64,000 bases of DNA from an uncultured Chloroflexia bacterium. Its GTDB lineage: Bacteria; Chloroflexota; Chloroflexia; QHBQ01; JADMIH01. Shown here piece by piece: positions 18,911-29,316 of this stretch (position 1 is its first letter; every line of letters begins with the position of its first letter). The notes below the pieces were generated by a model that was given only the letters and a program-made list of their open reading frames with translations, made no database searches and had not been told where the DNA came from. Where the stretch lies: contig CAWCNY010000002.1 in assembly GCA_963797095.1 (NCBI GenBank), positions 640,001-704,000 on the forward strand, given 5' to 3'. The position numbers and the translations under genes were made by a program.

Positions 18911-21673
18911 ATGACAAACCGTATCGGCTTACAATTCGATTCCACAAGCCTCAATCTCGCGCCCGGTGATACTGGCCAGGTCAAGATCACCGCGACCAAC
19001 CTGGGAGATGTTGTCGATGCGTTCTCCCTGTCGGTTTCCGGCCTTGATCCCGCCTGGTACTCCCTCTCTACAGAAGAAGTCAGGCTCTTCCCCGACCAGT
19101 CATCAGAGGTTGTACTGCAAGTGCGATTGCCGCTGCCCACTCAGGGCAGCGCACCGGCAGGCACCTATCCCTTCACCCTGACAGCCGCCTCGCGAGATAA
19201 CCCGCTTGTGCACTCCACCAGTGACTTGACCTTATCCATCGCGACAGTTTCGGGCGACGTGGCGCTTGGCCTGGAACCCCAGCGCATCCGTGGCCGCCAG
19301 GGCCTCTATACGGCCATCATCGCCAACCAGGGCAATGCTCCCCTTACCCTGGCCCTCGACGCCACTGATCCCGACGAATCGCTCCGTTATGCTATAGGCA
19401 AGCCCATCCTCCAAACCGCACCGGATGCACCCCTCTCCAAAGCTACCGTACTTGGTGAAACGGTAGCGCAGGGCGCGGGCCACGTAGAGCACGATCTAGA
19501 ACTACCCCCAGGTGGCTCAGCCGTGGTCCCAATACATGTGACCACCCAAAAGCGCATCTGGACGGGCAAAGAGCGTTCCTTCGCCTTCACCATCAGTTCC
19601 CACCCCCCCGGAGTTGAATGGGAACCCGGCGAGGCACGCATGGCGCAGGGCGAATTGACCTACCGGCCTCTTTTCGCCGCCTGGGCGGGCTTGCCTATCG
19701 TGTTGCGCCGCGCCCTTGCCATTGGCCTCCCCTTGCTGGTGCTAGCCATCGTGGCGTTTGTCCTCATCAAGAACCAGAGTGACCAGCAGGCCAACGCCAA
19801 TGCAACCGCCAATGCCAACGCCACGGGCACGGCAGTAGCGGCCCAAACCCAGACAGCCGTAGCTGCCATAGCTTCCCAAACTGCCTTCGCCGACAACGCT
19901 AACAGGTCAGCCACTCAAACAGCCCAGGCAGCCATCGAAGAGACCAGGGTGGCTCAAGCGGCCCAGCCCTCAACTACTTCCGTCACCTCCCAGGTAGAGA
20001 CGCCTACCGTTGCCCTGGCCGAAAAACTGCCCCCGGTGGTCAACTGGTTCGGGCTGGCCATACCCCCAAACAACCTTCCCTCTGGCAAGATCAACCTGGA
20101 GTGGAACGTCACGGGCGCTGACAACGTTCAGGTCCAACTGGCCGGAAAGCGGGCCCCCTTGCCCGACAGGCCCACCACCAACCTGCTCGACTACCATCTC
20201 GATGCGGCAGGCGCTGAGCAGGTGGCTTCCAGCACATTGAGCGTGCTCCTGGTGCGCCCTCCGGCCATCGGGCGATTCACCGTGACAGACGGGATCACCT
20301 CCGGCAGCGTGATCACCGTCAGCGCGGGCACCGTCGTCACCTTTACCTGGAATGTCCTGGGAGCAAACGCGGGTCAGATCGACACGACCCCCGTAGACCT
20401 TAGCCCTGCCGGACCCGGCCACTGGCTAACCATCCCACCCGAAACGCATCGCTACATCCTGTGCGCCTCCAACCAGGCAGGCTCCGTCTGCAAATCGGCC
20501 AAAGTGGTCGTAATACGTGGCGGCATAATGGGCGTTCTTGGCACGCCCTACCAGGACCCCGTTGACTGCCTTACGGGCACCACCAGCATTCTTATCGGTG
20601 ACTCCAACTTCTTGCCGTCTGATGTGACAATAAACGCGGGCACCACCATCCGTTGGTTCAACAGTGGCACTGTGCCCCATAACACCAACGACACCAAAGG
20701 AGCGTGGACCAGCGGTCCCATCCCCCCCAACCAGATCTTCCAGTTCACGTTCGATAGACCCCAGACCTACAAATACCATGCGACCATCGGCTCCAACGCC
20801 ACCGGTACCATCCTCGTGAAGCCCGGTTGCGCTACCCCCACGCCCACCCCCACCGTCACAACCACGCCTGTGCCGACCGATACCCCTGCGAGCGTGCCCA
20901 CAGAAATCCCTGGCGAAGTGCCGCCTACTGATACTCCTGGTGGCGTTCCGCCCACCGCCACCGCCTCCAATACACCCACCCCCATCTCCGGCAACTCTTC
21001 GAATACCACGCCTGAGCCTGGTGCGACGGATACCCCTCAGGTGCCCGTCTCGCAACCCACCGATACGCCGGAGCCGCCTAACCGGCCAACCAGGACTCCC
21101 ACACCACGACTCATACCAACCGCACCGCCTCCCCCACCTCCGCCTCCGCCTACTCTGCCACCCACCAAGCCGCCGGTGCCAACCGATACCCCCATACCAA
21201 CCAATACATACAGTCCCGTGCCGACGAATACCTATACGCCTACTCCTGCCCCAACCGATACCTCCATCCCGCTCCCCACAGATACCTCTATACCTTCGTG
21301 CACTTCGTGGTCAACGGACGAAGGTTACGACATAGGTTGTACCATCTCAGCTAGATGGTACATTTCAGGAGGCTGCCCGCCTTACACCATCACGCTACGC
21401 GTTTCCACCAGTTGTCATCCTACAGCACAAGTTGTGACCCAGCAGACTACGGATACGCAGGGTATTATTGAGGCCGATGGCTGCCCTCAGTCCCAGTACG
21501 GTGTTACAGGATCTCTAACCATGCGAGACTCCGCCGGTAATTCGACTTCTGTGCCTCTTCCAAGCCAGGGCTCTTGTGCCAGTCTAGGCATATATGTCAA
21601 CTTCGATGACCTTGCTCAGAACCAAACTTCTCAGGAGACACAGCTACAGTCTTGCATCCTGGCAGACAGATAA
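18911..21673 (+). CDS. Membrane-anchored paralogue with a degenerate cupredoxin-like domain and Pro/Thr-rich stalk
   Basis: Same N-terminal domains as 17141..18892; F.P..VTI..GTTIRWFN...PHN cupredoxin pattern; long PT region; Cys-rich C-terminus. Confidence 0.7.
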   Translation: MTNRIGLQFDSTSLNLAPGDTGQVKITATNLGDVVDAFSLSVSGLDPAWYSLSTEEVRLFPDQSSEVVLQVRLPLPTQGSAPAGTYPFTLTAASRDNPLVHSTSDLTLSIATVSGDVALGLEPQRIRGRQGLYTAIIANQGNAPLTLALDATDPDESLRYAIGKPILQTAPDAPLSKATVLGETVAQGAGHVEHDLELPPGGSAVVPIHVTTQKRIWTGKERSFAFTISSHPPGVEWEPGEARMAQGELTYRPLFAAWAGLPIVLRRALAIGLPLLVLAIVAFVLIKNQSDQQANANATANANATGTAVAAQTQTAVAAIASQTAFADNANRSATQTAQAAIEETRVAQAAQPSTTSVTSQVETPTVALAEKLPPVVNWFGLAIPPNNLPSGKINLEWNVTGADNVQVQLAGKRAPLPDRPTTNLLDYHLDAAGAEQVASSTLSVLLVRPPAIGRFTVTDGITSGSVITVSAGTVVTFTWNVLGANAGQIDTTPVDLSPAGPGHWLTIPPETHRYILCASNQAGSVCKSAKVVVIRGGIMGVLGTPYQDPVDCLTGTTSILIGDSNFLPSDVTINAGTTIRWFNSGTVPHNTNDTKGAWTSGPIPPNQIFQFTFDRPQTYKYHATIGSNATGTILVKPGCATPTPTPTVTTTPVPTDTPASVPTEIPGEVPPTDTPGGVPPTATASNTPTPISGNSSNTTPEPGATDTPQVPVSQPTDTPEPPNRPTRTPTPRLIPTAPPPPPPPPPTLPPTKPPVPTDTPIPTNTYSPVPTNTYTPTPAPTDTSIPLPTDTSIPSCTSWSTDEGYDIGCTISARWYISGGCPPYTITLRVSTSCHPTAQVVTQQTTDTQGIIEADGCPQSQYGVTGSLTMRDSAGNSTSVPLPSQGSCASLGIYVNFDDLAQNQTSQETQLQSCILADR

Positions 21674-21782
21674 CAGGGCTATCTGGTTCCAAAAACAAAC
21701 CTGAGACATCCCGTATTTTGGGAGCGTCCTATGTTAATGGAACAGCCTGAAGGTTGTGATGCTAACGGAATTCCTGGATGTC

Positions 21783-21988
21783 AAGTCCCGTAGGGACGCA
21801 AGAGAGTAGCCTAGAGCTTACACCTTGTGGATAGTATGCCACCCCCCATATAGTCCCGGAGGGACGGCAGAACATAGCCCAGGGCGTAAGCCCTGTGGTA
21901 AGCCCAAGACAATAAATACGATAGTCCCATAGGGACGTAATAGCATTGCATTGGTGGATCACAAGCTATTACGCCTTACGGGACTATC
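21783..21988. repeat. Composite REP cluster B
   Basis: Same AGTCCCGNAGGGACG / TAGCCCAGGGCGTAAGCCCTGTGGTAAGCCCAAGA units as cluster A, ending in an inverted copy. Confidence 0.85.
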
Positions 21989-22173
21989 TTATTGTGGCTC
22001 TATCACTCTCAGAATTCGCCATAACTCATATCTATCGTTGGAAAGCACGGCAAAAAGCCATTACCGGGCTACTCCTGTATGAGAAACTGTCCGACTCATG
22101 CGTTCCGATTAAGTGGCATAATATTTCTGCGATAACATCGCCGGTTGGAGTATAGGAACCTGTGGAGGGTGTG

Positions 22174-24501
22174 ATGAAGAAGTTTGCTGCCCTGACAATC
22201 TCCCTTTTTGCCCTCGTGGCGCTTGGCCTCCTCATAGCGCGCGTCACCGAAGCGGAAGCTCCAGGCCCTAATCTCGCAGCCCCATCAGCGCCCGCGCCCC
22301 TCGGTGGCACGCCCACTCCTACCGAGTGTGCCCTCACCTATACCTACACCGTCTCGGCTGGCACACCCGTACCCGCCAACAACCCGGTGCCCGGTACTCA
22401 GTGCTTTGGTTGCACCGCCCCCATAACTCTCCCCTTCCCCTTCACGTTCTACGGCCAGACCTACACCTCCGCAAATGTCTCCCCTGAAGGCAACTTGCAA
22501 TTCACCACTGCAAGCACCTCCCTGGAAAGCTGTCCTTTTCCTTATCCTCAGCTTGGCCCCTCAATCATGCCCTACTGGTGCGACTGCATCGATACAACCT
22601 GGACCGATTTTTGCGTGGATTACTACTACGGGCTGCCGTGCGGCGTCTACACCTCTACATCCGGCACGGCTCCCAACCGTATCTACAACATCCAATGGTT
22701 TGGCCGCCAGCAAGGCAGTAATCACGAACCCTTCAACTTCGAGATCCGCCTCTACGAAACCTCCAACCTGATCGATTTCGCCTACGGCACCGGGGTGATG
22801 TTCGGCTATGGCACCACGATAGGCGTGCAAGACGGAAGCTCTCAGTACACCTCCTACCTCTGCAATACATCAACCAACTTGCAGAACACCGTTATACAGT
22901 GGTCCCCTTCCTACCCACCGTCTTGCCCCACCTACACGCCAATATTTACTCCCACTGCCAGCCCGACCGAGTGCACAACGGGATATTCGTATGAAATATC
23001 ATCAGGCGCTATCGTATCGGGAACTACCCTCCTTGCTGGTTCCCAATGCGGCCACTGCCTAGCACCCGTCAATCTTCCCTTCTCGTTCACCTACTATGGG
23101 CAGACATACAGCACCGCCAATGTGTCCTCATACGGCCAACTCCAATTCACCACAACCGATACATCGACCAGTAGCTGCCCCTTCCCCTACCCGCAACTTG
23201 GCCCGGCCATCCTCCCCGACTGGGACGATGCCCTCGATATGGGCCAGACGATCATCTGCCAGAATCTCGTAGGGAGGCCGTGCGGCATCTACACCTCCGT
23301 TTCAGGCACAGCCCCCAATCGCATCTTCAACATCGAATGGCTTGCCCGCCGAGCCGGGTCCAGCACCTACATCGACAATTTCGAATTACACCTCTACGAG
23401 ACTACCAATGTCTTTGACTTCGTCTACGGCATATTGCGTCCCCCTCCTTCGGGCCATTTCAGCGTTGTTGGCATACAGGATGGCTCCAGTTCCTACATTA
23501 GCTTTGCCTGTTATACAGACAATGGTATCTACCAGGACCTACTGGTAAGATGGACCCCCGCCTCTTGCAGCACTACTCCCACCCCTGTCTCTACCTCCAC
23601 AAGCACATCGACATCCACACCTCTCCCCTCTACTGCTACCACAACCCCAACATCTACCCCAACCTCATCCTCTACGACCACAGTCGCGGTCCCAACCGGC
23701 ACGCCAACAGGCACTCCCCTCGCACTCACCGCCACCGGTACGCCGGCCGATACCACAACAAGCACCCCTGTCCTCTCCACCGAAACCGCTACGTCCACAC
23801 CATCTGTACCACCGACCTCAACCAACACGCCTGAGGCCACACCTACACCCATCTTGCCCACCGTAACAGGCACACCCACAACCTGCACTATCCAATTTAC
23901 AGACATGCCGGAAGGAAGCACGTTCTATTCTTACATACAATGCCTCGCCTGCCGTGGCATAATCAACGGCTACTCTGATGGCACCTTCAAACCCGAAAAC
24001 AACGTCACAAGGGGACAGCTTGCCAAAATAGTGTCCAACTCTGCGGACTTCTCCGACACCCCAGGTCCGCAACAATTCGAGGATGTGCCTCCCGGCTCAA
24101 CCTTTTACGACTTTGTCTGGCGGCTGGCCGTCAGGAACATAGTCAGCGGCTACCCATGCGGCGGTCCCGGTGAGCCGTGCGGGTTAGGCGGTCTCCCCTA
24201 TTTCCGCCCCAATGCCAACATCACTAGAGGGCAGATAAGCAAAATAGTCTCGGAAGCGGCGGGTTTCCACGACACCCCTGGCGCGCAACAATTCGAGGAT
24301 GTGCTTCCCGGCTCCACTTTCTACGGCTACATCTGGCGGTTGGCCGACCGCGACATCATGAATGGTTACCCATGCGGCGGCCCCGGCGAGCCGTGCGGAT
24401 CGGGCAATCTCCCCTACTTCCGACCGGGAGCCAACGCCACTCGCGGCCAGGCCAGCAAAATAGTTGCCAACACCTTCTTCCCTGGCTGCTCCACGCGTTA
24501 G
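22174..24501 (+). CDS. Secreted SLH-domain surface protein with two Cys-rich NIDO-like repeats
   Basis: Signal peptide; two ~200-aa repeats (LPFxFTxYGQTY...SGTAPNRIxNIxW); Thr-rich linker; three SLH repeats. Confidence 0.8.
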   Translation: MKKFAALTISLFALVALGLLIARVTEAEAPGPNLAAPSAPAPLGGTPTPTECALTYTYTVSAGTPVPANNPVPGTQCFGCTAPITLPFPFTFYGQTYTSANVSPEGNLQFTTASTSLESCPFPYPQLGPSIMPYWCDCIDTTWTDFCVDYYYGLPCGVYTSTSGTAPNRIYNIQWFGRQQGSNHEPFNFEIRLYETSNLIDFAYGTGVMFGYGTTIGVQDGSSQYTSYLCNTSTNLQNTVIQWSPSYPPSCPTYTPIFTPTASPTECTTGYSYEISSGAIVSGTTLLAGSQCGHCLAPVNLPFSFTYYGQTYSTANVSSYGQLQFTTTDTSTSSCPFPYPQLGPAILPDWDDALDMGQTIICQNLVGRPCGIYTSVSGTAPNRIFNIEWLARRAGSSTYIDNFELHLYETTNVFDFVYGILRPPPSGHFSVVGIQDGSSSYISFACYTDNGIYQDLLVRWTPASCSTTPTPVSTSTSTSTSTPLPSTATTTPTSTPTSSSTTTVAVPTGTPTGTPLALTATGTPADTTTSTPVLSTETATSTPSVPPTSTNTPEATPTPILPTVTGTPTTCTIQFTDMPEGSTFYSYIQCLACRGIINGYSDGTFKPENNVTRGQLAKIVSNSADFSDTPGPQQFEDVPPGSTFYDFVWRLAVRNIVSGYPCGGPGEPCGLGGLPYFRPNANITRGQISKIVSEAAGFHDTPGAQQFEDVLPGSTFYGYIWRLADRDIMNGYPCGGPGEPCGSGNLPYFRPGANATRGQASKIVANTFFPGCSTR

Positions 24502-24506
24502 TTCCT

Positions 24507-24577
24507 GTAGGGACACCCCTTGTGGGCGCCCTGGTAGGGAAGATCGAGGTGTACAAACAGGGTACCCACAAGGGGCA
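24507..24577. repeat. GTAG-type REP doublet
   Basis: GTAGGGACACCCCTTGTGGGCGCCC ... GGGTACCCACAAGGGGC inverted pair. Confidence 0.55.
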
Positions 24578-24655
24578 ATGTTGTCGCATAAACCCACGAA
24601 CGTGGCCCAAGCGCAGGCGTTGCTAACGGGTGCCCTGTCCATACACCATCCCAAC

Positions 24656-24724
24656 ATAGTCCCGTAGGGACGCAAGAGAGTAGCCCAGGGCGTAAGCCCT
24701 GTGGATGGAATGCCGCCCAAGCCA
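24656..24724. repeat. REP cluster C (left half only)
   Basis: ATAGTCCCGTAGGGACGCAAGAGAGTAGCCCAGGGCGTAAGCCCTGTGG plus a spacer ending CCCAAGCCA; the expected next unit is absent. Confidence 0.8.
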
Positions 24725-24941
24725 GGTAATGCATTGCAGTAGCTTTGGATGCAATTTGCAGCCATTGTGCTCCACTTTCGGTTCAGCAGGCGGGGCCCTT
24801 CTTTACGCATTTCGGTCGACCAGTATAATGGAAAATGTAGAATGTGAAAGCGGAATATGGAATTAAACAACCAAGGCAATAGATACGAATAAAGCCTCCT
24901 CACAGCCGAGCGCACATCTCCCCTCTGTCCCCGCTACGCCC

Positions 24942-26885
24942 TTGACGGCGATCATGCAGGCAATCGCCGCCGGGCTGGACGTCCCACGAATCTTTGACAT
25001 CGTGGCCCAACAGGCTGAGCATGTGCTGGCGTATAACGCCCTTGCCGTGCTGTTGCGTCCGGATGCGATGGTTGCATGGGAGGCCGAGGACGCCAGGAAC
25101 ACAGACGATGCCCATGAGCTCGCCGTCGCCTTCTGCAATCCCCCGGTCGTGGAGGTAGGCCGGTCCTGGCCGTTCAGCGACTTCTCATTTGGCCCCGCTC
25201 TGCTCGCCAATCAGCCGGTCGTCGTCACAGACTTCGCAGCCACCGCGAACCAGCACGCAGGTGATATGCTCCTTTTGGAGCATATTGGACACGCCGGAGT
25301 GATTGTGCCTATTGCAGCGGCTCCTCACGTACTGGGCGGGCTTGTTGTCATCAGCAATACGCCAGGCATCCATGGCCCTGAGGATGTGCTTCTGGTGGAG
25401 CCCATCGCCAACCTGCTCGCTGTGGCGCTGGAACATCGCCGCCTGGATGAACGTGCCCGCGCCCTGGCCGTCGTTGAGGAGCGCAATCGCATTGCGCGAG
25501 AAATCCATGACACACTGGCTCAGTCGCTCGCCGGCATTATAATCAACCTCGAATCCCTCAAACCCTACAAAGCGAGGCGAAGGCGAGCGGACGCCGATGT
25601 CCTAGCCGAAACTGAGGCACTGGCACGTGGCGCTTTGGAGGAGGCTCGGCGCTCCGTTCTGGGGCTGCACCCAACGCCTCTGCAGCACCAGTCGCTACAT
25701 GACGCCCTGGCAGTGGAGCTATCAGGACTTGCGAAACGGGCTGGCATCACAACCCAGTTCTACGTCAATGGGGTCGAACGTCTGCTGGCCCCTGACCTGG
25801 CAACAGCGCTATTCCGAGTAGCCCAGGAAGCCTTTCAGAATATATACAAGCATGCCGCCGCCCGCCACGTCATCCTGGGGTTGGCGTTCGAGGAGGGAGC
25901 CGTCGTCCTCACGGTCGAAGACGACGGGGTCGGCTTTGTGCCCGGAGCTCCGGGCACTACAAGTAATAAAGGTACAACGAGGGCTACCGCACCGAGAGAT
26001 GAAGGCGGCTTCGGCCTGCTGAGCATGGCGGCGCGGGCGCGTATCCTGGGCGGGGATCTGCTTGTCACCAGCCACCCTGGACATGGCACTGCTGTACGCG
26101 CCACCATTCCCTACATCCGCTCGGGTACCACTATGGCCGCTGTTATGCTACCCGTGCAGGATACCCTGCTTGAGGCTCTACGCGAGCCTTCCGCTTGGCC
26201 TCCCCCTGTTGATCTGGTAAGTCTTCCTCATTCGGACGCTCGCCACATCCGCGTCCTGATCGTGGACGACCACTCTATTGTGAGGCAAGGCATCCGCCAC
26301 ATCCTCGAGGGGCAACCGGACATAGAGATCGTAGGGGAGGCGGAAAATGGCCTGGCGGCAATCCAGCAGGTGACCCGCCTGCATCCTGACGTCGTCCTCC
26401 TGGATTTGCAGATGCCCGGGCTGTCGGGCATCGAAGCACTACCCCGGTTGCGAGCGGCGCACCCGGCGGTTGAAGTGGTCATATTGACCGTGTTCGACCA
26501 GGATGAGGAGGTCTTCGCCGGCCTCAAGGCGGGGGCGCGGGGCTACTTGCTCAAGGACGCAACACCTGCGACCGTTATAGCCGCTGTGCGCGCCGCAGGC
26601 AGTGGAAAGTCTTCGCTCGCTCCCGCGCTGGCGACCAGGGTGATGGACCGCTTTGCCGTGCTGGCTCGGCGGGAAGTGGATCCTGACGCGCTGACCAAGC
26701 GCGAGATGGATATCCTGGGTTGCATGGCTCAAGGTATGCCCTACAAGCAGATAGGCGCGCAACTGAACATCACGACCAAGACGGTGCAGTACCACGTAAG
26801 GAACATCCTGCAGAAACTCCAAGTCGCTAGCCGTGGCGAGGCAGTGGCTGTGGCAACGGAGAGGGGATTACTGAGCCGAGCGTAA
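24942..26885 (+). CDS. Hybrid GAF-HisKA_3-HATPase kinase fused to a NarL-type REC-LuxR HTH regulator
   Basis: ERNRIAREIHDTLAQSL (H box), QEAFQNIYKHA, EDDGVGF, GFGLLSM, VDDH...LLDLQMPG...GYLLKD, LTKREMDIL...TVQYHV. Confidence 0.88.
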   Translation: MTAIMQAIAAGLDVPRIFDIVAQQAEHVLAYNALAVLLRPDAMVAWEAEDARNTDDAHELAVAFCNPPVVEVGRSWPFSDFSFGPALLANQPVVVTDFAATANQHAGDMLLLEHIGHAGVIVPIAAAPHVLGGLVVISNTPGIHGPEDVLLVEPIANLLAVALEHRRLDERARALAVVEERNRIAREIHDTLAQSLAGIIINLESLKPYKARRRRADADVLAETEALARGALEEARRSVLGLHPTPLQHQSLHDALAVELSGLAKRAGITTQFYVNGVERLLAPDLATALFRVAQEAFQNIYKHAAARHVILGLAFEEGAVVLTVEDDGVGFVPGAPGTTSNKGTTRATAPRDEGGFGLLSMAARARILGGDLLVTSHPGHGTAVRATIPYIRSGTTMAAVMLPVQDTLLEALREPSAWPPPVDLVSLPHSDARHIRVLIVDDHSIVRQGIRHILEGQPDIEIVGEAENGLAAIQQVTRLHPDVVLLDLQMPGLSGIEALPRLRAAHPAVEVVILTVFDQDEEVFAGLKAGARGYLLKDATPATVIAAVRAAGSGKSSLAPALATRVMDRFAVLARREVDPDALTKREMDILGCMAQGMPYKQIGAQLNITTKTVQYHVRNILQKLQVASRGEAVAVATERGLLSRA

Positions 26886-27086
26886 TGGAATGACCAATGT
26901 TGCCCGATAATGCTCGATGATGCCAGCGCCGGGTGGCGTGTATTGCCGGTAGATAGAATACCCTGGTCCGAGACCAGGGTATTTGTGTGTCTGCAGACTA
27001 GCGGGATTACCGGGGTGCGGCGGGTGCAACGGAGCCATAATTGTAGATGTACAGAACTAAGATTCACGACCTCAAGGAGGGACATC

Positions 27087-27488
27087 ATGAATATTTGGAA
27101 TCAACTCACCGCCAGCTTCGTCCCCAGAGCAGATATGCTCGACTTCGCCCAGGACGCAACGCCCTCGGCTGACGAGTGGCTGGTGGCCTTCACGGAGAGC
27201 TTCATGCGGTTCCACGACGCCGAGCACGCTACGCGCACGCTCATGTCGGGCTTACGCTTCTTCACTGCCGAGTTTGTCGCTGACATTGCCTCTTTACCGT
27301 CTCCAGAGACGCGCCAGCCCCCGATAGGTGGCAGCATACCCAGGGCTATCTATGCGGCCACCGGTCCCATTATCGAAGACGTCTATCAGAAGGTTATCCG
27401 CCGCAATGCCGGGCGTGGGCAAATTCAGGCCGCGTTTGCGCAAGCTGTGCCTGTCCTGGTAGGCGAATACAACCACAGCATGCGTTAG
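27087..27488 (+). CDS. Hypothetical protein (133 aa)
   Basis: AAGGAGG RBS before ATG 27087; stop 8 bp upstream of the REC gene. Confidence 0.65.
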   Translation: MNIWNQLTASFVPRADMLDFAQDATPSADEWLVAFTESFMRFHDAEHATRTLMSGLRFFTAEFVADIASLPSPETRQPPIGGSIPRAIYAATGPIIEDVYQKVIRRNAGRGQIQAAFAQAVPVLVGEYNHSMR

Positions 27489-27496
27489 GTAGCACA

Positions 27497-27901
27497 ATGA
27501 AAAGTGCACCTATTCGCGTGTTGATTGCGGACGGCGATCCTCTGGTCTGCCGAGCTCTCGCACGCTTGCTCCGCAATCGCTCAGGCGTGGAAGTTATTGC
27601 CACCTCGGTTGATCGAGACCAAGTTCTGGAACTTGCCGGTCAGTTCCACCCTGGCGTAGCCCTGGTGGATGCCGGCACGCACCGAACCGGCCGATTGGAC
27701 GGTATGGAGGTAACGCGGAGCCTATCCCAACGCTTCCCGGCGACGAGGGTTATCGTCCTGGGCGTCTACTCGACCATGCGCGACCATGCGCTCACCGCCG
27801 GGGCCTGCCGGTTTCTGCTGAAGGATTGCTCGGGCGACACTTTAGTTGAGGCTATCCGGTTGGCGGTGGGCGGAGAGTGCGAGGGCGTCCTGACGAGATG
27901 A
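27497..27901 (+). CDS. Single-domain response regulator (REC)
   Basis: IRVLIADGD...VALVD...DGMEV...FLLKD. Confidence 0.8.
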   Translation: MKSAPIRVLIADGDPLVCRALARLLRNRSGVEVIATSVDRDQVLELAGQFHPGVALVDAGTHRTGRLDGMEVTRSLSQRFPATRVIVLGVYSTMRDHALTAGACRFLLKDCSGDTLVEAIRLAVGGECEGVLTR

Positions 27902-27964
27902 GTGGGCGCGACTCGCTCGCTTGCGGAACATGCTATCAAAGCAAACCCAAAGGAGATAAATCCT

Positions 27965-28294
27965 ATGCCTGGCTTGAACATGAGTAATTCCAACGATACC
28001 CGGGTTGCTACGGGTAAGCTAAAGGACGGTTGGACCTACGACGTTAGGAGCATCCCGAGAACCAACACGTACTATGCAACCGTCCTGCACCCTTACGGAG
28101 ACGCAGCATCCGGAGGCGCGCCGTGGCCTATCGAAGACCCCACCCTGGGCGCAGATTCGGGTCACCCAACGTACCCGACCATTGAGGAGGCCGCCTCCGC
28201 CGCTCGTGGGTATGTTGATATCTTGAGTGACCTGCCGGGCTACCCTGACCCGGATAAGATGAGTACTAGAGGCTTTCGTCCCACGCTCTGGTAG
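27965..28294 (+). CDS. Hypothetical protein
   Basis: AAGGAG RBS before ATG 27965; open frame of 109 aa. Confidence 0.55.
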   Translation: MPGLNMSNSNDTRVATGKLKDGWTYDVRSIPRTNTYYATVLHPYGDAASGGAPWPIEDPTLGADSGHPTYPTIEEAASAARGYVDILSDLPGYPDPDKMSTRGFRPTLW

Positions 28295-28377
28295 AAGGTA
28301 CCTGCCATTTATGGTCGGAGCAACTAAGAACCGCGGTAGTAGGAAGTAACCCAAGAAAGAAACCAGGGAGGGCTTCA

Positions 28378-28953
28378 ATGAAATTCTCAGAACTGAAGGG
28401 CCGAGCTGTTGTCAACCTCGAAGATGCCAGGAAGATTGGTGAAGTCGAGGACTTGATGGTTGAACCCGAAAGCCACCACATAGCGAGCGTTAAGGTGAGA
28501 ACGGGCATGTTTCACGCGGCGCAGGTAATACCTGTGGCCGACGTCAAGAATGTCGGCGGCGATGCCGTTACGATCTCCACCGGCTCAGGCGTGGCCAATA
28601 TGACCGGCATGACTGAATCCAACGCCGCACAGCATATGGCAGCGTCGCAGAACGGCAGTGCCGGGGGTACTACAACTGTCACGAGCCCCGTAGGCTCCGT
28701 AGGTTCCATGGGTTCCCAGCCCCTTATTGAGATAACCAGCATTCTGGGCAACAAGGTGGTGACAGATGCAGGTACGATGGTTGGCGAGCTTCGCGATGTC
28801 ATGGTTGACTGGGTTGACCTGACGATAACGGGCTATGAGGTGCACGATGGCAGCATGTTCGGCAAAGCTCAGGAGTTTGGGGATACACCGGACGTGCATT
28901 ATGGGAACAAACTGATCACCATACCGGCCCAACTCCTGAACCACCCCAACTAA
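28378..28953 (+). CDS. PRC-barrel domain protein (two barrels)
   Basis: SELKGRAVVN..KIGEVEDL and ILGNKVVTDAGTMVGELRDV repeats. Confidence 0.85.
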   Translation: MKFSELKGRAVVNLEDARKIGEVEDLMVEPESHHIASVKVRTGMFHAAQVIPVADVKNVGGDAVTISTGSGVANMTGMTESNAAQHMAASQNGSAGGTTTVTSPVGSVGSMGSQPLIEITSILGNKVVTDAGTMVGELRDVMVDWVDLTITGYEVHDGSMFGKAQEFGDTPDVHYGNKLITIPAQLLNHPN

Positions 28954-28999
28954 CAGGTGCGTAGAGATACGCTTTCATAAATGCGAGAGGCATAACACC

Positions 29000-29227
29000 A
29001 TGTCAACACAAATGTCAGAAATGTCACCTGAGAAGATTAGAGTTGAAATGAAGCGCCGCTTTGATGCAGTCAACGCGGCAGCAGAGGAGAGGAATCAGCT
29101 CCGACGTGACTTAGGCGATGTAAAAGAGGCAAAAGCCTATGATCGCCCGCGCAGGCGTATCAGTAACGGCGACGTTGATCGTGATGATTTTGATGGAATG
29201 GGCGAGAACGACTCGCTGGGCGGCTGA
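29000..29227 (+). CDS. Small hypothetical protein (75 aa), paralogue of 32441..32530
   Basis: GAGG RBS; shares the PExIRVEMKxxFxAVNxAA motif. Confidence 0.7.
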   Translation: MSTQMSEMSPEKIRVEMKRRFDAVNAAAEERNQLRRDLGDVKEAKAYDRPRRRISNGDVDRDDFDGMGENDSLGG

Positions 29228-29316
29228 TCCCGCGCCACCATACCACACCACGTACCCGACAAAAGTCTAGCTGCCGGCGCATCAGCCACGAACTGCTGTG
29301 CACACGAACCGCCTGG

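Noticed and set aside
22320-24490. Internal repeats as DGR template/variable regions
   Set aside because: Differences are not adenine-specific and no reverse transcriptase is present; these are ordinary domain duplications.
24725-24745. GGTAATGC as an IS1-type terminal repeat at the island edge
   Set aside because: No matching inverted copy or IS1 transposase was found.
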